Shown: piece by piece, positions 50,728 through 61,718 of the stretch
Layout: every line of letters starts with the position of its first letter
Position numbering within the stretch: position 1 is the stretch's first letter
Source: Catajapyx aquilonaris
Lineage: Eukaryota
NCBI GenBank assembly: GCA_000934665.2
Contig: KZ537982.1
Coordinates: 1 to 64,000 of the forward strand
Length of the DNA: 64,000 bases
Direction of reading: 5' to 3'
Position numbers and translations under genes: made by a program
Notes under the pieces: generated by a model
Seen by the model: only the letters and a program-made list of their open reading frames with translations
Told to the model about the DNA's origin: nothing
Database searches by the model: none

Positions 50728-53692
50728 TTATCCTTCAGCAGAAAAGGGTATTGTTGTAGTCGCCTGCTGCATTACCTTAACGTAAATTACTGGGTCATCC
50801 TCAGCATTATTGCTATCTTCTGCACTCATAAAACAGTTTCCTGTACTAACAGATGTGTCATATTGATCAGGTGTGTCTTTCATTGGATTTTTGACCTCAT
50901 TTTGCTTGTGCTGGTCGTGAAATCTCATCAGGTGCACCTACAAACAACAAATAAGCACAATTAGAATTTTATGATAAGTAAAATTTAACTCACTGACATA
51001 CATTAAGTGTAGTGGAAGAGGAGAATTTTCTAGGGCATTTTGGGCATTTGACATAATTTTCTTGCCTGGCGTGGGTCAGCATGTGAGATTTCAAATAATG
51101 TGGCAGAGCAAATGATTTCTTGCACTTCTTGCAGGTGTAATCTTTTGTACCTGTTGGTATAAAACATGTAAAGAAAATCACGGTGTGAAGTGTCCACCAT
51201 TCAGACAAAAACATATGAGAATAGATTCATCTAAGCCTCTAAGGTATCCTACATGGGAGATTCACCATTTCAATATGAAATTCACTCAATATTCACTTGA
51301 TTGTTCAACCTCTCACTGTTATGCAAAGAAACTGGAATAAAACCTGACTTATAGGACTGACCTGAGTGAAGTTTCATATGCATTTGGAGTTTCTGCTTGT
51401 CCAAAAAATCTTTTCCACATGTTTCACATTTAAACCGCTCTCGAATGGCTTTATCTTCATGTACTCTCATGTGCTTGTTCTTCAAGTGGTCCAATCGTGC
51501 AAATGATTTACCGCAAGCAGGGCATACATGTCTGACAAGAAAGAGCAATGATTCAAGGGTCACTTACATACTGCATGCATTACAACACTCACTTCTTAAC
51601 TCCAGTATGAATGGTCATGTGCCTGTTCAGGTCTCTCAGTCGCACAAATTCTTTTGAGCAGGTCCCACACTTGTGTGGCTTTTCGCCAGTGTGCACTGTC
51701 ATGTGATCCGTGACATCTTTAGGGTAACGAAAAGCCTTCCCACACACCTCACACTGCAGTGGTCTCTCGCCTGTGTGAGTCATCATGTGCTGTCTCATGT
51801 TGTGCCTCTCAAGGAATGCTTTCCCACACACCTCACACTTGTGGCGTTTCTCTCCATGAACTCGGCAATGGCGCTCTAACTGATTCAAGTCATTGAATTC
51901 TTTCTTGCATTCCTTGCATGATACCTTCTGCTCCCATGAACTGGTCAGTTTAGTAACAGGTTGGATTAAAGATTCATTTTCTCGTTCAGGAGCCGATTCA
52001 TCCTGACAAATTTGTAGGTTAGCGTCGCTATCATCGGCAGAGTCAAACATGGTACTCAAGCCACCTTCATCTCTTACATCTAGAGACGATTCTAGTTCAA
52101 ACCTGCATCCAGCTGTGTCTGAATGTGATTCCATTAGAGACTGATCTCCATGAGGAGGATCAACAGTACCCACTGAATCCATTTCCATCCCAGAGAGAGA
52201 TGAAAATTCATCCGAAATGTTGATTGCGGCAGTACCAGGCATCAATTCAGGTTGCACTGCCCCATCTGAGAAGGTAAGTAGAGACTCTAAATTAATGTCT
52301 CTTTGTGCTGGGATTGAATCAGTGATAGTGACAGTTGGTGGCTGAGATGAAGAAGCAGCAGCAGATGAAGAGAGAATATTTCCCACTGCATCATCTAAAG
52401 TTCCATCAGGGGGCATGCTAAGGAGGTCAACTGCATTCTGAAGTGATTCTGAATCCATGCCAAGGTTGAGCATTGTCATCGAATTCATAGCACTAGACTT
52501 CTGTTGGGACGATTGCAGCTCTTCCAGAAGGCCAGAAACTGGCAGGAGTGACTCCAGTGTCTCGTGCATTGCATACTGGTGTACTTTAAGATCTTTCTTA
52601 TTGCAGCATCTGAAGTTGCACACTTTACACTCCAAAGTGACTTGCATCTGGAGGTGTAGAGTGTATGACAGCTGATCTGCCATCTCCATATTACAATGTC
52701 TGCACATGAACTGTGGCTTGGGCAGGACTGGTCGCTCGATCCTTTTGGCAGATTTTGTTCTCTGGTTTCCAGTTGCTTTAACAGTCTCTATCATCTGACG
52801 TTTGCCAGGTACCTGTGCCATGAAGTTGCTGACAGTATCCAACTTTCCAACTTCATCTTCCACAATTGCCTGAAGATTCCATGAGAGCGGAGAGTTCTCA
52901 GGCAGTTCACTAAGAGGTGGAATCACGTACACTTCATTGTTAGACTTCTTGTCATGGACCTGAATCACAGGCATCTCCATGCCATGCTTCTGCTTTAGGT
53001 GGCGCCTGAGGTCTTGGTGATGCCCATACCTGACTCCACAAACGCCGCAAATAAATCGTCTGAAGTCATGGTGTACCCTGAGGAGGTGTCTTATCAGGTT
53101 GCTTGTGACTGTGAAGGCAGTGTTGCAGACAGGGCACATCTGAGAAGATGAAGGGCTCTTGCTGTGGACATTTTGCTCATGCCTTGACAAAGCCTAGAAA
53201 TAAAAAAAAAGTGTTAACCACAGGTTTTTTCCCTTCTCCTCTGTCCTGTCCCATAAGCATAGAACAATGAGAAGTGAATCAGATTCATCTAGAACTGATG
53301 AAATAACTTGATGATAAAACTCACCTGCTTCCTTTTGAAAGTGACTCCACATTTCATGCACATGAATGGTCTTTCTCCAGTATGGGTCCTGATGTGAACT
53401 GCCATGGATGACTCGTTGGGGAACAGTAATTGACAGTGTGTGCACTTGAATCTCTTCCTAACCTTTTCTGGCTGGTGAAGTCTCATGTGGGACTTCACGT
53501 GAGATGCTGAATTGAGAGGCTTCCTACAGGTTGGGAGAGGGCACACATATTCCTTCTCGTGACTGGACATGTGGCTCTGAAGAAGGCGTTGGCCAGGAAA
53601 TACTTGACTGCACTTGTCACATGTCCATTGCTGGACGTTGCCTCCTGTGTGTACCAGAAGATGCCTGAAATAAAGTACTTAATTACTCTAGA

Positions 53693-53758
<66 letters not shown>

Positions 53759-56700
53759 TCTAGACATATTTAACCACTTAGCTTGCAGCTTCTGTTTTAT
53801 CACTTGACTTCTCTGACCACTTTTAAATTCTATGATGAAATACCAGTACTAAATATTAACTGTATTACTCTACTTACATATCTCTGTTCTTTTTTACTTT
53901 GAACTTCTGCAAGCAAATGTTGCAGCTGTAGGGCCTAGCAACCATCTCAGTCTCATGTGCCTTCTCCATGTGGCTGGCTTTGTGCCATGTCTGTGAAAAA
54001 GTCTTTCCGCAGATGTCACAGCCAATTACATCACTAAGATGCGTCTCAACGTGCTTGACAAATTCTATCTCTGAACCCATTACTTGCCGACAACTCCTAC
54101 ACTTGAGACTGCTCTTTGCCACGTGCTCATCCCTGTGACCAGTTTCAGCTCGTCTCAGGTGAATTTTGAAGTGCCTCTTTACGAGATCCAAAGATTTCAA
54201 ACGCTTACGACATATTGGGCATGCCCTTCTAGAGGGCACAGCAGGCGCTTCATCCCCTGACCCATCATGGTTGTCAGAAAGCACATCTTCTCTCTTAGAA
54301 TTTGTGGTAACAGCTGTGCACATGTGACTCAAACATTGAATCAAGGTGTCATCCCCACTACCAAGCATTAGGTACGAAAATAACAGCCTGTCCAACTCCG
54401 CTTCTCTCTTGTCTTCTGCTGATATCGCAACTATCAGCCTCTCCTTGTCACTCTTGTTGTGGTCTTTCAAGTGCAGCCACATTGTCAGATCTGTGTCAAA
54501 ACTCACTTGGCAGTTTGGAACCAAACAAGAACTGCTGAAATGCCTCTGTTGGTGAGATGCCATTACAGAATGGGTGCAGAATCTGGCCCCACATGTTTCG
54601 CATTGATGTGGCTTCTCTTCCATCAGGTGTGACTCTTGATGGTCCAGGAGGGCAATTTCCGTGAGGCAGAGGGCATTGCAGGTATGGCATGCAAAGGTTT
54701 TCTTGTGATTACTCAAGTGGCCCTGCAGATCAGCTTGACTACCAAACTCAGCGTAGCAGAGCTGGCATGTTAACTCAAGGTAGAGGATATTGTGGAAGAC
54801 AGCCAAGTGGTCCTTCAGAGTGTCTTGGAATACAAACAACTTGCTGCAGACCATACACTGCAATAAAAAAGTCACAGATCATAACAATATCCCCATAACA
54901 AGATCTTGTTGTCATTGTCTTTCATCAGTACACTCGAAATCACATAAGTGTGAACCTTTTTGGATATCCATACGCCCGAGGGGTTGGTGAGCTGTTGCGC
55001 CACAAAATTAGTCCCCGGTATCTATGGCTTTCTTGAAGAAACAGTGCTGGTACATGTAATTTGAATGCATACTTATCATGGGCAGCAGCTACACAAACTG
55101 CACATTTTGTTGTGAAGAGCGGTAGGGTACTACGTTCAGGTGGTTCACCAACCCCTCGGGAGTATGCATATCGAAAAAGGTTCACTCTTATGTGAATCGG
55201 AGAGTAAGTTGGTTCCACGTCTTACAACTCTTATAATTGCAATTTCTCTGAGGGTTGAAGTAGCAGCAAGATTGTCACTCACATGCAAGTGAGCAAAATT
55301 TTGAAACATTTGACAATGCTGAAAAATCCTTTACCACGACACAAAAGAAGTGCATCAGCCTCTAAGAACATGTATATTAGTGAACTATTAACAATGAGTT
55401 ACAGTAAAACTTCTATAAGTCGAATCTCCATGGGACCAGGAAAAAACTTTGAGTTATAGATGATTCGAGCTAGAGAAGTTTGGATTTTTAAAAGCACAGA
55501 ACTCTATAAGGAAGCCTACCTTTATATCCAGAGAAGAAAGGTGTTCAAAACTTAAAAATAACTGTCACTATCACAATTACAATGTTCCTTGTTGTTTTGT
55601 TGTAAAAAAATCTCCGTTATGGACATTTCCCTACTCTTAGATTCAAGGATTCAATTGTCACAATCGAGTCAAACACTTCTTTCGGTACGTCTGGTAGACG
55701 GAGATCAGGAAATTGAGCCTTTCTGTACATGTGACCTACCCTCGACCCTTCGGCTGGGAAATGAGAAAATTTTCCGTACTTCGCCAACATGAACTTCGAC
55801 TTAGGGAGGAGACTGAAAATGCATTGAAATCCCGTCGTAAGGCCCTGCCTGCACTTCGAGTTATAAATATTCGAGTTAGGGAAGTTTATTTCCTATTATT
55901 TTACATTGTGACCAACCAAGCTCCTAATTTTCACCGACTTATAGAGAACTTCGACTTAGGGAAGTTCGACTTATGGAAGTTTTACTGTATTAGTGAACTA
56001 TTAATAATTAGTTAATGTTACTGAAAAAAAGAGGCTACAGTACGACACGGCAATCTGATGTCATCATTTCTTACAGCGTTCATTTTTTGTTGACATTGTT
56101 TACTCATACTGTTGAGTGAGGGTATTTCCATGAAAACCTTGATGATGTCAGATCGTCGTATCGTTTTATGCACTGTAGGTATACCTAGATAGAAAAATAT
56201 TTTAACATGCTGTCTACATACCCTTTCCCTATTCAAAAACTTCCCATGCTCCATGGCAACATGCTTCTGCAGCTGCACAGTCGAGAGAAAAATGATTCCA
56301 CAGTCAGTGCATTTGAGGTTGTCCAGATCTGCAACCCTGGACTCAATCAGGCTCAGAGTGGTGGACAGCATAGAATCCTCACTTGACTTGCGCCATTCAC
56401 TCCTCCAATAGATCGAGGTGGGAGGTACCCGAAGTCCCTTCCCAGCTTCACCCTTTGGCTTGATGATATCCACGTGAACTGTCTTTTCTGTGGACACACT
56501 GTCAAAGGCCAGTGCTTCCACTGCCTCATGCAGCGAGATCTCTTCTTTGTCTGCATGTAACGACCCCAATTCCAGATCATCCAGTATGAGACCCTCGTCC
56601 TGGATACTCCCTGGAATCTGCAACACCACGTCCGCCAAGCTGAACTGGACACGTGCAGATTCCAACACTGAATTCTCACTGCTGGTCAGGACCTGGTCAC

Positions 56701-56851
56701 GTATCATAACCTCTTCTTCCTGAGGCGGTGCTGACACGTCATCCAGGAGGTCTGACGGAAGATCCGCCAGGGCAAGCATGTCATTGTCCTTGGCTGAGAA
56801 TGACGTGCATGGCTCCTGCCACACGAAATACTCATCTTCCTTCCCGTCCAT
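50728..56851 (-). CDS. Multi-C2H2 zinc-finger protein (about 26 fingers, acidic N-terminus); 8 exons, about 1371 aa
   Basis: Exons 56851-56222, 55318-55283 (36-nt microexon, less certain), 54857-53878, 53664-53325, 53193-51593, 51531-51362, 51150-51002 and 50937-50728 are phase-compatible (4116 nt). Repeated CxxC..HxxxH motifs with HTGERP/HTGEKP linkers, and several fingers are completed only across the splice junctions. Confidence 0.92.
53682..53767 (+). repeat. (ATT)n microsatellite flanked by a 14-bp direct repeat (probable tail-only retroposon insertion)
   Basis: attactctagacat at 53682-53695 and 53754-53767 brackets a pure ATT tract. Confidence 0.8.
55402..55987. mobile_element. pogo/Tigger-like MITE
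   Basis: TA|cagtaaaacttctataagtcgaa...ttcgacttatggaagttttactg|TA, with many internal ttcgactta/ttcgagtta repeats. Confidence 0.88.
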
Positions 56852-57221
56852 TGCAGACCACTGCTCTAATCTGCAAAATGCAACATTTATTCAATACTGT
56901 TCATTACCAGGTCATATTATGCAATGGATTACATGCACAGCCCTGCACGCAATGTTTTGCTTCCTGATGTTGTACCTATGCTTAGTTTAGTGTTCCTTCT
57001 CTTGCCGAAAAATCAGTATGCAGGAGGATAACCTCAAAATTAAAATCGCAAGGGCAGGAAACACATGAGAATAATTTTGGCCCGAAGCCAACTGCCACTC
57101 TGCCAGTGAGAGTGCGCCGTCGCCGCTCGAATTCACACTCTTTCCTACGCCGCCGCATGCGAAAAATACAGCAGAGTGTGCCGTCGCCACCGGAAAACCA
57201 TCAAAGTTGCTCAATGCTCAC

Positions 57222-57423
57222 TTTCTCCATTACATTAAAAATATTAAAACCGCAATTTGGCATTTAGGTTTGGAAAAAGTAGTGTTAAAATTGACGTGTT
57301 TTCATGCTGTTAAAATGTGTCCCGCAATCATCTGGTACTCCTGCGATACATAAAATACGGTAACTGACAAAAATACGGTGATGATGTCGGACTGCTGACT
57401 AGGGTCGGGGGAACAATCCCAGA
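57222..57423. promoter_or_regulatory. Putative compact bidirectional promoter between the C2H2 gene and the UBZ gene
   Basis: A minus-strand donor (gtgagc at 57221) and a plus-strand donor (ATGA|gtaagt at 57428) face away from each other about 200 bp apart, with CpG-rich flanks. Confidence 0.55.
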
Positions 57424-58762
57424 ATGAGTAAGTCTGAAGCGGTCTTATCCAGGGGAAAATGAAGTCACGGGCACGCTGGTCATGTGGGCCATTGCACAAC
57501 ACGGATATAATTGGCATATATTGGTGACAAACAGCCAAGCAAACCACAGTGTGTCCTTGTATGTTGATTTAATAGAGGCCTGAAGTGGATAATAATGTAA
57601 GAGGCGGCTGGAGTACATTTTGTCTATAATATTTATTGAAATAACTGTGCAGGCTGATGCAACCCATCACCATGCATTTGTAAGTAACGTAAGGGTAACG
57701 TACAAAAATATACCAGAACATGCGTTAAATATAATCCGATTACTCATTTGAGTGCTGTTTGGCAGGCGTAGCAAGAATAGGCTCAGGAGCTGGTTAACTT
57801 GATGAGAATTTTCATTTATACCTTGCAGTACCAGCATCACAGTCGGGATTGGAAGAGCCGGATGGAAGCACAATGTCTGGGATACATGTGAGTGTTGTCA
57901 ACTGTTGCGTACAGATCTGTTACTTATGCATGCTTTGTGTTTGCAGGTAACTGATGATGCGAGTGAAATAGACAGTGATATGATGCTGGAAATCAAGAGG
58001 CAGAAACAAGTCTTCCAGGACATGAAGCATCTCCTGCTTGCCCAGCAAATGGAATTGAAGAAGAACGTGCAGTGTCTCACTGTGCTGTCTCAGAAAGGTG
58101 TGTGTCTATAAGTTCGGATTTTTGTCACTTTTGTTGCTATTGTGGCTTGCATTGTAACGACAAGTAATTTGAAATTTCAACAATCATGTATACGCAATGG
58201 CAACATTGCTGATGAACAATTTTTATCATGGTGTTCACTTTACGTTTGATGTAAAAATGTGCTAATAAAACTATATTTCCCTGCAGGAATGCAGTTTCCA
58301 ATTGACAGGCCAAATGCTGCTGCAGCTGTGAACAGGAGTGAAGAAAGGAAGGATAGCTTTCATTCTGTTCACCTCGAAGATGAGTTTGAGGCTCTACGTG
58401 TGTGGGGAACGCCTCGGCCTTCAATCCAGGAACGCAGCTCTGGCAGCTTAACTGACCAGGAAGCTTCCAGAAGTAGTGCCACACTCAAACCCTTGGCCAC
58501 TGGAGTGTGGGCCAGTGTGCAGCTGGATCGGTCCAAGCCCTCCAACCAAGGTGCCAACAACCCCACGCATGTGCTTCCACCCAATGAGAGTATATCTCCA
58601 CCTGAAGATGTGGGGCCAGGAGAGGACAAAATTTGCCCAGTCTGTGGAGCCATGTTTTATCGACCCTGCCCATTTGAGGCATACGAGAATCACGTTATCA
58701 GTCATTTTGATGATGAGGAGTCCATCCTAAGTCAATTTGAAGTTGTTACGCAAAATCTTTAG
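57424..58762 (+). CDS. Small coiled-coil plus C-terminal UBZ1-type zinc-finger protein (Spindle-F/TAX1BP1/TANK-like C-terminus); 4 exons, about 229 aa
   Basis: Exons 57424-57427, 57829-57887, 57947-58097 and 58287-58762 are in phase (690 nt). Heptad-like EIKRQKQVFQDMKHLLLAQQMELKKNV and finger CPVCGAMFYRPCPFEAYENHVISHF. Confidence 0.8.
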
Positions 58763-59871
58763 TGCTGCTGAAGTTGAGGAAGAAATTTGTTTACAGCAAT
58801 ATTTGGCTGTTTGTTTCAGTACAAAGTTGAAGCACATTCACTGAATATATATTTTTGGTTGCGTTCCAAGAATGGCACATTCTAGATTGTTGGAACAAGC
58901 TGAAATGTGACATTGTAGATGGCTTGTATTCTTTTAGCTGCGGAGGTCTCATATGAGCCCAGAAATTTTCTTTTATTGTTAGTGACAGTATATGAAATCA
59001 TATAATACTGTATTCTTATTTTATTTATATTTTCTTCAACCACTGAGGCTTGAGGTAACCTGAGTGGTAACTTTTTTAAATAGGTGATGTAAAATAAAGG
59101 GCGGAAGCACCACGCACTGATCACATTGAAGTGTACCTGTGTTTTGAGATTTTTGGCACTTGCCAGCTGCTTTAATAGTGTGACTAGAATTATTCCTGCA
59201 ATAGGATGGATACTAGGCTGATCAAGTGCCAAATGTATTGTCAGCTCCTATTGTATTATAGAAATTTAACTGCATGTCCCCTGCATTCCACCTATGCCCC
59301 CCTGCAAGTGGAAGATTTGTGATGCCTTAGTTCTGCTGTTCCCTTCATGTGGCCAGTCTCTGCAATCCTTCTAATTTCTAATGGATCTCTCAGTACGTCC
59401 TCTTTCCCGAGTGGTTGACAAGACTTGAAACCTGAAGTGTATGAGTCAAGTATGTGCTAGTATTTCAATAGTCTTTGAAAGTACCTGCTTAATAGGAAGC
59501 AGCTTACTGACTAAAAATGGTCAACCACAACCAACATTATAATCATTCAATTAGCATTTCAAAGGGAAGTGTCAATTTACTGTAATACTTCACGATCAGC
59601 GGCATGGAAATTGTGTGACCAGGCAACAAGTAGAGTGCCTGTAGACTTGGGAGAAATGCATGCTGTACATAAATTCCCTCTACACCACTAGCACTCCAAT
59701 TGCACAGTACTCTACAAGTCTACATAATGTCTGTGACATGGACTGTAATTTCCAAACTCTAAATTTCAATAGTGAGTGCTAATTGTAAGGTATTGTGATA
59801 GTGACTCTTGCCATTAGTGTTAACAATAGTCCTGGATGCTCCCTGGTCATACACATCTCAAAAGAGGTAGG

Positions 59872-59873
<2 letters not shown>

Positions 59874-59946
<73 letters not shown>

Positions 59947-60302
59947 AATCGTGGGTAGTGCTTTCACCCAGTCGGGTATATCACACAGACTTTATTGACC
60001 TTGATATACGATGTACATTACCTTTATACAAAACTGCTGGGTCTGCAGGCGTGTGGGGAAGGGGCAGTTCCCAAGGGAGGGCACTCTTAATTAGTTTCTA
60101 GTCATTTCTGACCCTCTTCAATACCAGACCTTTTCTCCTGGCCCTGGGCAGATAAGGGAGTGCAAGCCTGCCTGGACATGTCGGGTGAAAAGCGGAAAAG
60201 ACCCAACCAAGCAGAGGTGACGGGGAAGGGATCTGAACCCCCAGACCTCCCGCTTGGCTGGCCAGTAGCATAGCCACTGCCACTAGACCACCAGGCCCCC
60301 CC
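59874..60302 (-). mobile_element. SINE family C, full length with long (AAT)n tail
   Basis: The minus-strand head has A-box tggtctagtgg and B-box-like ggttcagatcc. Imperfect TSD caaaa(g/c)aggtag at 59859-59870 and 60303-60314. A sister copy lies at 49980. Confidence 0.85.
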
Positions 60303-60621
60303 CAAAACAGGTAGTGTACTGTATTTCTCAGAAATGTTAGCAATTTTCCTGCATTACCAATGTTCACTTGTCTGTGAAAATCAACTTAAAGGTTTTTGAC
60401 AGCATCCTTGATGCTTTCCTAAAATGTGACCAATGATGAGTGTCCTTTACCTGATCCCAAAGTAAATTCGAAACATTTTTTCTGTACATCAACCAAGAAT
60501 TATTCACAAGTGACAACAAGTAAATACTATTGACTTTCATATGGAGTCTCAATGGAATTTCAGCCTCCTTCCACCAAGCTTGCAATTTCAGCATCAGACT
60601 AAACAATTATTGGTATAGCTG

Positions 60622-60962
60622 CTTTTTGTTTTGTTTTTAAATTTATTTATTTACGTTAAGACCTTAGGCCCTTTTAGGGGGGTGGAACACCACCATTGAT
60701 TCAATTATTATTTGTGGGTTTATCTTCATTCACCATACAGGGATATAGGGTAAGGGTGGGGATTTTTGGGGAGGGAACATTGGTGCACGTGCAGTGTCGG
60801 TAAACGGGTCATGTGCTGTTCCCCAGGAGGTTAGGTTGCCAGACACCTCCAAGGCGTGGGTCAGAGACCCTCCTGACGCTGGTGAAAGGGAATTCCCAAG
60901 CCTGGGACCTTTCACTCGGCCAGCCGAGACGTTGCCATCTCGGCCACCACACCTTCCCCACA
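60622..60962 (-). mobile_element. SINE family D (tRNA-like head, AAAT/A-rich tail)
   Basis: Minus-strand head ggtggccgagatggcaacgtctcggc..ggtcccagg, tail aataaataaat..aaaacaaaacaaaaa, near-perfect TSD attggtata(g/a)ctg. Only one copy is in the window. Confidence 0.6.
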
Positions 60963-61718
60963 ATTGGTATAACTGTGAATTAACATGCTTCCCTTTGGGC
61001 AATTTTATTCTTGCTCCATACATGGTGTAGGCAAGTGAAGTGAGGACTAGCCATTCTATCACAAAGCTCAGTCTGACACTCTTACATAAAAGTGGCCACA
61101 TGATACAGTAAAACAACTGAACGTAACAGTATCAGTGTTTGCTGTTTGGCACACCCAAAGCCTCATGTGATGGTATGACATAAATAACCTTGCATTGTGC
61201 CAGTGTAACAGGAGTTTATTGGTAAAGCCACCAGTACATCTCATATGTACAAAATCTACACACCTCAGTCTTCACTTACGCAGAATCCATGCAATCTTGT
61301 TGGTGACTAGACAGTTGTCACATACCACATTGACAGGGAGAAGGGACAGTTTATTACGACAGTATGTACAATCAATTCATAGTTTCTGTCTTGCTCTTGT
61401 ATCAGAGATTGTAAATATGATGATTGTAAATATCTTTATATGCAAAATATCCATGTTATGGCATAATTACTTGAAATTTTAAGAGCCAAATATAATATTG
61501 TACACATCCTGTTTGTGACATTGTGACTAATACAAGTACTCAAGATCACCTTCTCTACTAAGTCAGCTAAAAAAAAGTAAAGGTGTAAACACATATCTAT
61601 AAAAAAAGAGAATAAATCGATCAAAAGATCACAGCTTTCTAATCATACACACACACTCACATGCATGCTCATGTATCCTTCTAATCAACTTGGCCTATCG
61701 ATTCCTGTTAATACCAAT

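Noticed and set aside
55402..55987. Interspersed short repeats that superficially resemble a CRISPR array
   Set aside because: Irregularly spaced subterminal repeats inside a TIR-bounded MITE in eukaryotic DNA, with no cas genes.
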